A stretch of 64,000 nt of DNA from assembly GCA_023130975.1 (NCBI GenBank), contig JAGMAD010000005.1, positions 22,933-86,932 of the forward strand, given 5' to 3'. The position numbers were made by a program, and so were the translations under genes. Origin of the DNA: Candidatus Parcubacteria bacterium (GTDB lineage: Bacteria > Patescibacteriota > Minisyncoccia > Minisyncoccales > JAGMDC01). Positions 1 to 7,712 of the stretch are shown here, one piece after another (the first letter of the stretch is position 1; the number at the start of each line of letters is the position of its first letter). Below the pieces are notes generated by a model, which ran no database searches, was not told where the DNA came from, and saw only the letters and a program-made list of their open reading frames with translations.

Positions 1-386
1 TTTATCATATCTCGATCGAGGGCAGTCAAGCCGACATTAGCGTCAATAATTAAGAAAACTGCTTTTGGCCTCGCATCGGAAAACTCCACATACCAAAAAA
101 TCCTTTTAATCATTTTGTTGCGCTCCAACATCGAATGCTTCGCATATCCATATCCGGGAAAATCCACAAAATAAAAAGAATTATTAATGCGGAAAAAATT
201 CGCTTGACGTGTTTTCCCAGGTATCTTGCTTGTTTTTACAAGGTCTTTTTTGCCCACTAAAGAGTTAATCATGCTTGATTTTCCAGCATTGGAGCGGCCC
301 AAAAAAGCGATGTGCGGTAAATTGTCTTTCAAACCGTAATCGTCCCCGATAACACCTTTAGCAAATTCTGCTTTTGATATTTTCAT
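1..386 (-). CDS. engB: Ribosome-biogenesis GTPase EngB/YsxC, N-terminal ~128 aa (gene continues beyond window start)
   Basis: Not in the ORF track because it runs off the window edge. Hand translation from the ATG at 386-384 gives MKISKAEFAKGVIGDDYGLKDNLPHIAFLGRSNAGKSSMINSLVGKKDLVKTSKIPGKTRQANFF...VDFPGYGYAK. It carries the P-loop GRSNAGKS and the G3 motif DFPGYG that are typical of EngB. Confidence 0.85.
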   Translation of the reverse strand, partial: MKISKAEFAKGVIGDDYGLKDNLPHIAFLGRSNAGKSSMINSLVGKKDLVKTSKIPGKTRQANFFRINNSFYFVDFPGYGYAKHSMLERNKMIKRIFWYVEFSDARPKAVFLIIDANVGLTALDRDMI

Positions 387-397
387 AATCCTATTTA

Positions 398-406
398 ATT
401 CTACCA
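398..406 (-). promoter_or_regulatory. Extended -10 promoter element TGGTAGAAT upstream of engB
   Basis: The minus strand reads GCGGTTTTTTTGGTAGAATtaaataggattATG. The same TTTTTGGTAGAAT block recurs at 860-868. Confidence 0.45.
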
Positions 407-564
407 AAAAAACCGCTTTTCCGCCAACTGGCAGAGGCGATTTTTATCTGCCCTACCTCGTTGTTCGCTATCTCTGAAAAATAGAGATGACTCTGTTTTC
501 TTGACCTCTATTTTAGTATAATTTTGTCAAATTCAAATAGTTTAAAACCTGACCTTAAACATTT

Positions 565-852
565 TTAAGATTGGTCAATGTTGTTTTGTATTCTTCTTGC
601 TTCTTGTTCCACAACCTGTCCGGCATATTCTCCGCTATGCGCGCTTTCTCTGTCATAACTTGGTTTTTTTTGGTCAAGATGCAGGTTGAGAATATATTTT
701 TCATCTGTTTCGCTTGTATAAATATGGAACCGTGGATAACCGCTTGGAGCCAAAGCTCTTATATAACTGTCATGAAAAGGCATATATCCGCAATCTTTCA
801 TAAAGCTATATAAATTTTCATTAAATTTATTTTTTTCTATGTAAATTTTCAT
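565..852 (-). CDS. Hypothetical protein (95 aa)
   Basis: ORF-track ORF with an ATG start and its own promoter-like element. I recognise no family. The antisense ORF 571..813 is rejected. Confidence 0.6.
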   Translation of the reverse strand: MKIYIEKNKFNENLYSFMKDCGYMPFHDSYIRALAPSGYPRFHIYTSETDEKYILNLHLDQKKPSYDRESAHSGEYAGQVVEQEARRIQNNIDQS

Positions 853-859
853 TATTTCA

Positions 860-868
860 ATTCTACCA
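860..868 (-). promoter_or_regulatory. Extended -10 promoter element TGGTAGAAT, 7 nt from the ATG (leaderless candidate)
   Basis: The minus strand reads GGCGGTTTTTTGGTAGAATtgaaataATG. Confidence 0.45.
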
Positions 869-941
869 AAAAACCGCCTTCTTGGCGATAGATAAAAATG
901 GCCAAGCGCTGGACGGCTTAGTCACCTGACTTAGCATATGG

Positions 942-1015
942 TGGCTGCCGGGCTTGGATTCGAACCAAGATTCAATGCTCCAGGGGCATTTGGCCTACCA
1001 TTAGCCGACCCGGCA
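942..1015 (-). tRNA. tRNA-Gln (anticodon CUG), CCA encoded
   Basis: Hand-folded cloverleaf: acceptor UGCCGGG/CCCGGCA (U1:A72), discriminator G73, D stem GGCU/GGCC, anticodon stem AAUGC/GCAUU, loop CCCUGGA, T arm CUUGG-UUCGAAU-CCAAG. U1:A72 plus G73 are Gln identity features. Position 33 is C, which is unusual. Confidence 0.8.
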
Positions 1016-1034
1016 ATATTTAGCTTTTCAAAAA

Positions 1035-1949
1035 TTACACCTTTAAGTATTTTCTGATGGCGATTGAGCTGGAAATAACTCCTAAGCCAATGCCTACTAA
1101 GAGCTGAATTAAAAGAATCATAAAGAAATTGCTGGCAAAATATTCAAAGAGAATAAATCCTGGAACAATCTCTCCGATTTTAGGACTCAAAAAGAAAATA
1201 CCAAGACCAAAAATTAAAACACTGATGAAAACAGCGAATATTCCAGCGATTATTCCCTGAACTATAAAAGGTCCTCTGATAAACCAATTGGAGGCGCCAA
1301 CCAGACGTTGAATCTCAATTTCTTCTTTGGAATTCAGAATCGCCAAACGGACATGGTTAAAAACAATCAAAAGAGCAATAATAGAAAATATCAAACCTAA
1401 AATAAGACCAGTTATATTGATTTGAGAGCTTATGGAAAATATTTTTTCAATTACTGGTTTCTTCTGAAAATAATCAATCTTAGCTATTTGTCCTTCAAAT
1501 CCATTATTTTCTAAAAAATTGACCACTGAGGCGTATTGAGATGCCTGCCAGGATTTAATATTTAAAGAGGCTAAAAAAGGATTTGTTCCCAACTCATCTA
1601 ATGAGCTCATTAAAACTTCATCATCTTGATGCCTTTGTTGAAAACTTTCCAGCGCTTCTTCTCTGGAAACATATTCTACTCTTTTCACTTCAGAGATAGC
1701 TTCAACTTTTTCTTTAATGACTAAAATGTTTTCTTCTGGACAATCTTCTTTAAAGTAAACGGAAACATCAACTTTCTCTTGAAGGTCAGAAATCACGAAT
1801 TGAGTAGCATCTTTTATGATAAAAAGCGAGCTGGCTAAAGAGATAATAAGCACTAAAACAAAAACCGTGGCTACAGAGAGTCCAATGTTTTGGGAAAAAC
1901 TTTTCCAACCAGTATTAAATATCCGTTTTAAAGAAATTATTATAGGCAT
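1035..1949 (-). CDS. ftsX: Cell-division ABC transporter permease FtsX
   Basis: The 304-aa product has an N-terminal TM segment, a large extracytoplasmic loop and three C-terminal TM segments. It lies immediately downstream of ftsE. Confidence 0.85.
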   Translation of the reverse strand: MPIIISLKRIFNTGWKSFSQNIGLSVATVFVLVLIISLASSLFIIKDATQFVISDLQEKVDVSVYFKEDCPEENILVIKEKVEAISEVKRVEYVSREEALESFQQRHQDDEVLMSSLDELGTNPFLASLNIKSWQASQYASVVNFLENNGFEGQIAKIDYFQKKPVIEKIFSISSQINITGLILGLIFSIIALLIVFNHVRLAILNSKEEIEIQRLVGASNWFIRGPFIVQGIIAGIFAVFISVLIFGLGIFFLSPKIGEIVPGFILFEYFASNFFMILLIQLLVGIGLGVISSSIAIRKYLKV

Positions 1950-1958
1950 TTTCTTTGA

Positions 1959-2639
1959 TTAAAGTATAAAACGGCCCTTTTCTTCGTCTCTGATTATCCG
2001 GCCTTGTTCTAAAGTAACCACTCTTTTTTTTAAACCATTAACTATCTCTTTGTAATGAGTGGCTAAAATAACCGTTGTTCCTAATTCATTGATTTTTTCC
2101 AAAAGTTTTATAATATCCTGGGTGTGATAAGGGTCAAGATTACCAGTCGGTTCATCAGCAATTATCAATTGAGGCCTATGAATCAAAGCCCGGGCAATCG
2201 CTACTCTCTGCTTTTCTCCGCCAGAAAGCTGGACCGGGAAGTTTTCTCTTTTCTCGGTCAAACCCACAATTTCCAGAACCTGGGGCACATCTCTTTTAAT
2301 TTCTTCATTGCTGGCTCCCATAACCTCCATTACATAGGCAACATTTTCGTAAACATTTCGGGAAGAAAGCAGCTTATAATCCTGAAATATTACTCCAACT
2401 CTTCGCCGAAGTTCTGGAAGATGACGGGACTTAATTTTCTGAACATCATTATCCTGGAAAAAAACTTGTCCGGAATTCGGCTTCTCTTCCGCTAAAAGCA
2501 ATTTCAATAAAGTCGTCTTTCCTGCTCCGCATCTGCCAACAATAGAAACAAACTCCTTTTCCTTTATCTCTAAAGAAATATTATCAAGGGCGCAAATATC
2601 AGAATTATAGATTTTGCTTACATTTTGAAATTTAATCAT
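1959..2639 (-). CDS. ftsE: Cell-division ATP-binding protein FtsE
   Basis: Walker A GRCGAGKTT, ABC signature LSGGEKQR and Walker B LIIADEP. Adjacent to ftsX. Confidence 0.9.
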   Translation of the reverse strand: MIKFQNVSKIYNSDICALDNISLEIKEKEFVSIVGRCGAGKTTLLKLLLAEEKPNSGQVFFQDNDVQKIKSRHLPELRRRVGVIFQDYKLLSSRNVYENVAYVMEVMGASNEEIKRDVPQVLEIVGLTEKRENFPVQLSGGEKQRVAIARALIHRPQLIIADEPTGNLDPYHTQDIIKLLEKINELGTTVILATHYKEIVNGLKKRVVTLEQGRIIRDEEKGRFIL

Positions 2640-2642
2640 ATT

Positions 2643-3741
2643 TTAGCTTTTAATTTCTGCTTCAATAAACTTATCCAAATTTCCGTCTAAAACAGCTTCC
2701 ACATTAGAGGTTTCAATGCTGGTCCGCAAGTCCTTGACCATTTTATATGGATGCAGAACATAAGACCTAATTTGATTCCCCCACTCAGCAGAAACTGATT
2801 TTCCTTTCACTTCCTTGATTTCTTTTTGTCTTTCTTTTTCTTTCATTTGATAAAGCTTAGCATACAATAATTTCATTGCTTTTTCTTTATTCAAGCCCTG
2901 GAGGCGCTCACCCTGGCAGCTTACCACAATATTAGTTGGAAGATGAGTAATACGAATGGCTGATTCTCTTCTGTTGACATACTGGCCACCAGGACCAGAA
3001 GCCCGAAAAGCATCAATTCTTAAATCATCTGGACTGATTTTTATTTCTTTTTCGTCTATCCTTGAAATCTCTGGCAAAACTTCAATTAAAGCAAAAGAGG
3101 TATGGCGGAGTTTTTGTGGAGAAAAAGGAGAAATGCGAACCAAACGGTGAACCCCGGTCTCTTTCTTCAAAAATCCAAAAGCGTATTTTCCTTTAATTTC
3201 CAGAGTTGCTGATTTAGTTCCAATCCTTCCTTCTGGTCCTCCTCCTTCTCCAAAGGACTGATGTAAAATTTTTGTCTTAAATTCTTTTCCTGCGCAATAT
3301 CTTTCATACATCCGTAAAAGCATTGTTGCCCAGTCCTGGGCGTCCTGGCCGCCAGCACCAGAATATATGGATAAAACAGTATTTCCTTTATCGTATTTTC
3401 CGGAAAGAAAAGTTTTTTCTTCCTCTTTTTTTATTTCTTTTTCAAATTGAAAAATTCTTTCTTCTATTTCTTTTTCTAATGTTTCATCACTTAATTTAAT
3501 TATTTCTTTTAACTCCTCTAAATTTTCTTTAAGTTTTTCAAATTTCTCTTTTTCTTCTTTTAAATCCGCTAATTCTTGGGAAATCTCAGCTGCCTTTTCC
3601 TGGTTCTGCCAAAAATCCGGTTTCTGAATTTCTTTTTCTAATTCTTGAATTTTTTCTTGCTTTTTAATTAAGTCAAAGACAGTCCGCCAACTGGCGGAGT
3701 TTACCTTCTAAATCTTTGATTGTTTCTTCAAAACTTTTCAT
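2643..3741 (-). CDS. prfB: Peptide chain release factor 2, expressed through a programmed +1 frameshift (22 codons in frame 0, then 343 codons)
   Basis: Frame 0 from the ATG at 3741 reads MKSFEETIKDLEGKLRQLADCL then TGA. Shifting +1 at CTT-TGA-C continues DLIKKQEKIQELEKEIQKPDFWQNQ...SGAGGQDAQDWATMLLRMYERY, which joins ORF-track ORF 2643..3323. The SPF and GGQ motifs are present. Confidence 0.9.
3672..3690 (-). promoter_or_regulatory. RF2 autoregulatory +1 frameshift site (CTT TGA C) with an upstream GGCGGA purine-rich element
   Basis: The minus strand reads TTGGCGGACTGTCTTTGAC. CTT is 3678-3676, TGA is 3675-3673 and GAC is 3674-3672. The heptamer is identical to the E. coli prfB shift site. 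Confidence 0.85.
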
Positions 3742-3749
3742 ATAACCTT

Positions 3750-3758
3750 ATTATAGCA
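3750..3758 (-). promoter_or_regulatory. Extended -10 element TGCTATAAT, 8 nt upstream of the prfB ATG
   Basis: The minus strand reads GGAAATTTTTGCTATAATaaggttatATG. A near-identical block (TTTTTGCTATACT) precedes the gene at 4365. Confidence 0.45.
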
Positions 3759-3871
3759 AAAATTTCCAAAAATAAAAGAGGGTGAATAAAGTCCCCTCAA
3801 ATTTTCTAAACTTTGAAAAATTTGTCAAGAGTTATGAAAATCTGACTGCTGTTTTTTGAAAAAAATTTCTT

Positions 3872-3922
3872 AAAAAAACCGTCACAAAGTAGGACGATCG
3901 GTCTATTTTGTGACGGTTTTTT
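3872..3922. terminator. Bidirectional rho-independent terminator-like hairpin
   Basis: A-run, then CCGTCACAAA (3879-3888), an 18-nt loop, TTTGTGACGG (3907-3916), then a T-run. It lies downstream of the minus-strand gene 4072..4365. Confidence 0.6.
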
Positions 3923-4071
3923 ATTTTTAGAATACTTAAAACAATCCGCAGAGTTTGACGATAAATAAAATATAAATCAGAATATACATTGCTCCTTCCC
4001 AACAATGAATTCTACGAGATATTCCAGAAATCACAAAAAGTAAAGTAGCTACGATTAAAAAAGGAAGGCCT

Positions 4072-4365
4072 TTAGATATGAATGTCGCTTAATTTTTCTA
4101 AGTATCTGATTTTTCTGTCTATATTTGTTTTCTCGGTGCCGGTCTTTGCTATAAATTTTTTATGCCTTAACTCCCGAAGTTTCCGCTTAAACTCTACTTT
4201 ATCAATCATTTGACCATACTTTCTCCCAAACACTTCCTTTTCTAATTTCGCTCGCTCCTGACGACTAAACATTCTGCTGGAACCAGGAATATTCGGTGAG
4301 GATTTTCTTAATCTTTCTCTAAATTGGCTTCTGGTAAGATGTTCTTTTTTATCAAAAAGAGACAT
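4072..4365 (-). CDS. Hypothetical basic protein (97 aa)
   Basis: ORF-track ORF with an ATG start, Lys/Arg-rich, preceded by a TGCTATACT extended -10. No recognisable family. Confidence 0.5.
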   Translation of the reverse strand: MSLFDKKEHLTRSQFRERLRKSSPNIPGSSRMFSRQERAKLEKEVFGRKYGQMIDKVEFKRKLRELRHKKFIAKTGTEKTNIDRKIRYLEKLSDIHI

Positions 4366-4640
4366 AATTCTTAAAATTTTAAAATTAAAAATTTTCGACC
4401 TCTTAAATTAGTATAGCAAAAATTGCCAAAAAGAAAAGACCAAAGGTGCTTTCAGAGAACAGAGCTTTTCTTGCGAAAAGCAGAGGAGAGAGATTTCCCG
4501 TCCTGCAAAAGTGACTCTGGCCTTGTTGGGTTTTTTAAAGATACTATTTTTCCTTTTTCCAATGGGCAAATAAATTGTCCGCTGGAAAAAAGAAAAAAGG
4601 GAAGAAAAAAATAAATTTTTTTTATTTTTTAGAGTGGTTT

Positions 4641-4979
4641 CTATAAAAGAAAACTACTCTTTTGGAGATATATTTCATCGCCTTCCCATAGGGAGAAGCG
4701 AGAGAGAATATCTCCGAGGAGAAAGAGATCACTCTTTTCCTGTTCAACCCACGGTTCTCTTGTCCCATCTTCTCCAACAGGGAGTATGGAACGAACAAAC
4801 ACTCTGGTAAAGTGTTCACCGTAGGCCGGGACGATCCAAAATTCATTATCTGGATCGTTCATTCCAACCCCGTATGGGATTGGAGAATCCTTTACTGCCA
4901 CAAAGCGGTATATTTTGCCATTCACTTTCATCTTTTTTACCTCCTCTTCAATCGACCAATGGTCTGGTAAACTCACCAT
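4641..4979 (-). CDS. Hypothetical protein (112 aa)
   Basis: ORF-track ORF. The overlapping ORF 4622..4846 in another frame is rejected. A TTGACA-N17-TATACA promoter lies about 150 nt upstream. Confidence 0.55.
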   Translation of the reverse strand: MVSLPDHWSIEEEVKKMKVNGKIYRFVAVKDSPIPYGVGMNDPDNEFWIVPAYGEHFTRVFVRSILPVGEDGTREPWVEQEKSDLFLLGDILSRFSLWEGDEIYLQKSSFLL

Positions 4980-5135
4980 AAAATTTGATTAACTGAAGCG
5001 GAGGTAAAAAATTCCTCTCTCAATCACTAAACCACTTAACCACTCAATCACTTATTTTATTTTCTCCTTCCCTTTTTATTTGAGTGCTTTCAATGTGCTG
5101 TTCAAAGATGAAATTTGTCTTTCATCTTTACTTAT

Positions 5136-5164
5136 TGTATAACATACTCTGAAAAATTTGTCAA
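5136..5164 (-). promoter_or_regulatory. Sigma-70-type promoter TTGACA-N17-TATACA
   Basis: The minus strand reads CTCTTGACAaatttttcagagtatgtTATACA. The 18-mer CTCTTGACAAATTTTTCA is repeated exactly at 3814-3831. Confidence 0.5.
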
Positions 5165-5165
5165 G

Positions 5166-5236
5166 AGCCGATGGGCAGAATCGAACTGCCGTCGATGATT
5201 TACGAAACCATTGCTTTACCATTAAGCTACATCGGC
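5166..5236 (-). tRNA. tRNA-Thr (anticodon CGU)
   Basis: Hand fold: GCCGAUG-UA-GCUU-AAUGGUA-AAGC-A-AUGGU-UUCGUAA-AUCAU-CGAC-GGCAG-UUCGAUU-CUGCC-CAUCGGC-U. CCA is not encoded. Confidence 0.9.
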
Positions 5237-5293
5237 AAGTAAAGCGGGCCGCCCCTTCGGAGCGAGCCTCGCTCAATTTGCTTAAGCAAATTG

Positions 5294-5364
5294 AGCGGGA
5301 TACGGGAATTGAACCCGTGTCTTAACCTTGGGAAGGTCATGTTGGGCCACTCAACTAATCCCGC
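5294..5364 (-). tRNA. tRNA-Gly (anticodon CCC)
   Basis: Hand fold: GCGGGAU-UA-GUUG-AGUGGCC-CAAC-A-UGACC-UUCCCAA-GGUUA-AGAC-ACGGG-UUCAAUU-CCCGU-AUCCCGC-U. Confidence 0.9.
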
Positions 5365-5750
5365 TTGAATTTTTCTAAAAATTTATCTAAAAAACTTTTT
5401 TCTTTTTCTTCTTGATTTTCTTTTTCTTCTATTTCTTTTTTAATCACCACTGCCTCCTCGCCTGGTTTTTTATAACCCTGCTCCCTAATTTTTTCCTCCC
5501 AATACTCATCTTGGAAGGACTGGTAAACACCGGCCTCTAATTGTTCTTTCCTTGCTTCTAAAACCTCAATCTCTTCTGTCAATTCTTCTATTTTTAAACG
5601 AAGGTCAGCTCTTTTCTGGCTTATTCTCCAATTAGAAACAACCAAAAAACTAATTACTCCAAAAATAAACACTCCTAAAAGCACAAAATAAAATATTGAA
5701 CGCAAATCTTTCTTTCTGCTCTTTTTATATTTTCCAAATTTTGTTATCAT
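5355..5750 (-). CDS. Septum-formation-initiator-like (FtsB/DivIC-type) bitopic coiled-coil protein
   Basis: The 131-aa product has a basic N-terminus, one TM segment (FYFVLLGVFIFGVISFLVV), then the coiled coil RADLRLKIEELTEEIEVLEARKEQLE. Its last 10 nt overlap the 5' end of tRNA-Gly. Confidence 0.5.
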   Translation of the reverse strand: MITKFGKYKKSRKKDLRSIFYFVLLGVFIFGVISFLVVSNWRISQKRADLRLKIEELTEEIEVLEARKEQLEAGVYQSFQDEYWEEKIREQGYKKPGEEAVVIKKEIEEKENQEEKEKSFLDKFLEKFKRD

Positions 5751-5756
5751 AAAAGA

Positions 5757-5861
5757 ATGGCAAAACTTAAAGGAAAAACAATTCTAAAAGCGATCTGGAT
5801 TATTCTAATATCCTTAGTTGTTTTAGGTATGATTGGTTTTCTATTCGCTCCTCTCTTCTAA
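5757..5861 (+). CDS. Possible 34-aa membrane micro-protein
   Basis: Hand translation: MAKLKGKTILKAIWIILISLVVLGMIGFLFAPLF, with an ATG start and TAA stop. It is below the ORF-track length cutoff. It is one of the few plus-strand ORFs in this stretch, so support is weak. Confidence 0.3.
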   Translation: MAKLKGKTILKAIWIILISLVVLGMIGFLFAPLF

Positions 5862-5876
5862 TTTAATCTTAAAGAA

Positions 5877-7712
5877 TTAACTCAAAACTTTCAAGTAGAC
5901 ATCAGAAGGGATTTTAATTTTGCCTCTTTCCTTGAGTTTTTTCTTTCCCTTTTTCTGTTTTTCTAAGAGTTTTCTTTTTCTGGTATAGTCACCGCCGTAA
6001 AGAGGAGCAATAACGTCCTTGCCTCTTGCTCTAACTGTTTCCCGGGCAATAATTTTTCCATCAACAACAGCTTGAAGAGCAACGCTAAATTGTTGAGGAG
6101 GCAGAACTTCTTTTATTTTCTTTAAAAACTTCCTGGCTTCTGAATATGCCTTATTTCTGGGAACAATTTTAGAAAATACTTCTTCTTTTTTTTCAGCTAT
6201 CAATGTCTCTATTTTCTTTAAATCAGATTTTTGATATCCTAAAATTTCGTAATTCATAGAGGCATAACCCTGAGAAGCTGACATAAGCTTATCGTAAAAG
6301 CCAGTAATAATTTCTCTTAAAGGACAATAATGTATTAAAAGTAATTTATTTGGTCCCAGATATTCAGTCCCAATATATTTTGTTTCAAATTCATCCAACA
6401 CTTTCATTACTTTGCCTAAATAATCCGAGAGGGTAATAATTTCTAATTTAACATAGGGTTCTTGAATCTTTTTGCCTTCACCCTGCTTGCTTTTTGAGCC
6501 AGCGTAAAGGGAACCCGGCCAGTCAGCTGATGAATAAATTAAAGTTTCTTTATTATTTTCATCAATAATTTTATAAACTACTGAAGGCGAAAAAACTATT
6601 AATTCTAAATCAAACTCTCTGCGAAGACGCTCTACAGCAATTTCTAAATGTAAAGAGCCAAGAAACCCGCAGCGAAATCCTTGTCCAAAAATTTCTTTAT
6701 GCTCTGGCTCAAAATATAAAGAAGCATCATTTAGTTTTAATTTACTTAAAGATTCTTTCAATAAACCGTACTTTTTAGAATTTTCCGGATAAATACTTAC
6801 AAAAACAACCGGCTTCGGCTCCTTATAACCCGGCAAGGCCTCAATATCAACAACTTTTAACTTTTCACTTTTAACTTTTAACTTGGTTATGGTGTCTCCA
6901 ACTCGAACTTTGCCTGGTTCTTTAATGCCAGTAGCGATATAACCGATTTCACCAGCAGACAAAACATCTTTTGGTAAAAATTCTGGTTTAAAATAACCCA
7001 GCTCTTTTATTTTTGCTTCGGTTTCAGAAGCCATCAAGTATATTTCTTTATTAGTTTCTATCTGACCATCTACAACCCGAACATAAGCAATAACCCCTTT
7101 ATAGGCATCGTATTTGGAATCAAAAATCAAAGCCCGAAATGGCTTTTCTTTTTTTTCTATAGGCAAAGGCACCTTCTCTATTACTTTCTCTAAAACCTTC
7201 TCAACATTGGTGCCCTTTTTAGCTGAAATAGATAAAATATCCTGTTCTGAAATATCCAGAATTTTCGCTAATTCTTTTTTTGTTTCTTCAATTTTGGCCG
7301 TGGCTGGAAGCAAATCAATTTTGTTAATTACTGGAATAATGACCAAATCTTGTTTTTTAGCCAATTCTAAATTAGCTAAGGTCTGGGCTTGAATTCCCTT
7401 AATAACATCTACCAACAAAATTGCTCCCTCTACAGCTGCTAAAGAACGAGAAACTTCGTAAGAAAAATCCACATGGCCAGGAGTATCAATTAGATTCAGA
7501 ATGAATCCTTTATACTCCATTCGGCAAGGTTGAAGTTTGATGGTAATTCCTTTTTCTCTTTCTAAGTCCATCATATCTAAAAACTGCTCCTTCATTTTTT
7601 CTTCAGGAACAGCATTAGTTAGTTCTAAAAACCTATCAGCTAAAGTAGATTTACCGTGATCTACGTGCGAAATAATTACAAAATTGCGAATCTGTTTTTT
7701 TATTGTTTCCAT
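5877..7712 (-). CDS. lepA: Elongation factor 4 (LepA)
   Basis: METIKKQIRNFVIISHVDHGKSTLADRFLE...DTPGHVDF...NKIDL show the GTPase motifs. The product is 611 aa from the ATG at 7712. The ORF-track start at 7835 would overlap murJ by 136 nt and is rejected. Confidence 0.93.
   Translation of the reverse strand: METIKKQIRNFVIISHVDHGKSTLADRFLELTNAVPEEKMKEQFLDMMDLEREKGITIKLQPCRMEYKGFILNLIDTPGHVDFSYEVSRSLAAVEGAILLVDVIKGIQAQTLANLELAKKQDLVIIPVINKIDLLPATAKIEETKKELAKILDISEQDILSISAKKGTNVEKVLEKVIEKVPLPIEKKEKPFRALIFDSKYDAYKGVIAYVRVVDGQIETNKEIYLMASETEAKIKELGYFKPEFLPKDVLSAGEIGYIATGIKEPGKVRVGDTITKLKVKSEKLKVVDIEALPGYKEPKPVVFVSIYPENSKKYGLLKESLSKLKLNDASLYFEPEHKEIFGQGFRCGFLGSLHLEIAVERLRREFDLELIVFSPSVVYKIIDENNKETLIYSSADWPGSLYAGSKSKQGEGKKIQEPYVKLEIITLSDYLGKVMKVLDEFETKYIGTEYLGPNKLLLIHYCPLREIITGFYDKLMSASQGYASMNYEILGYQKSDLKKIETLIAEKKEEVFSKIVPRNKAYSEARKFLKKIKEVLPPQQFSVALQAVVDGKIIARETVRARGKDVIAPLYGGDYTRKRKLLEKQKKGKKKLKERGKIKIPSDVYLKVLS

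Noticed and set aside
5076-5276. ORF 5076..5276 (66 aa, minus strand).
   Set aside because: It runs straight through tRNA-Thr and the palindromic tRNA spacer. It is an artefact of the absence of a stop codon.
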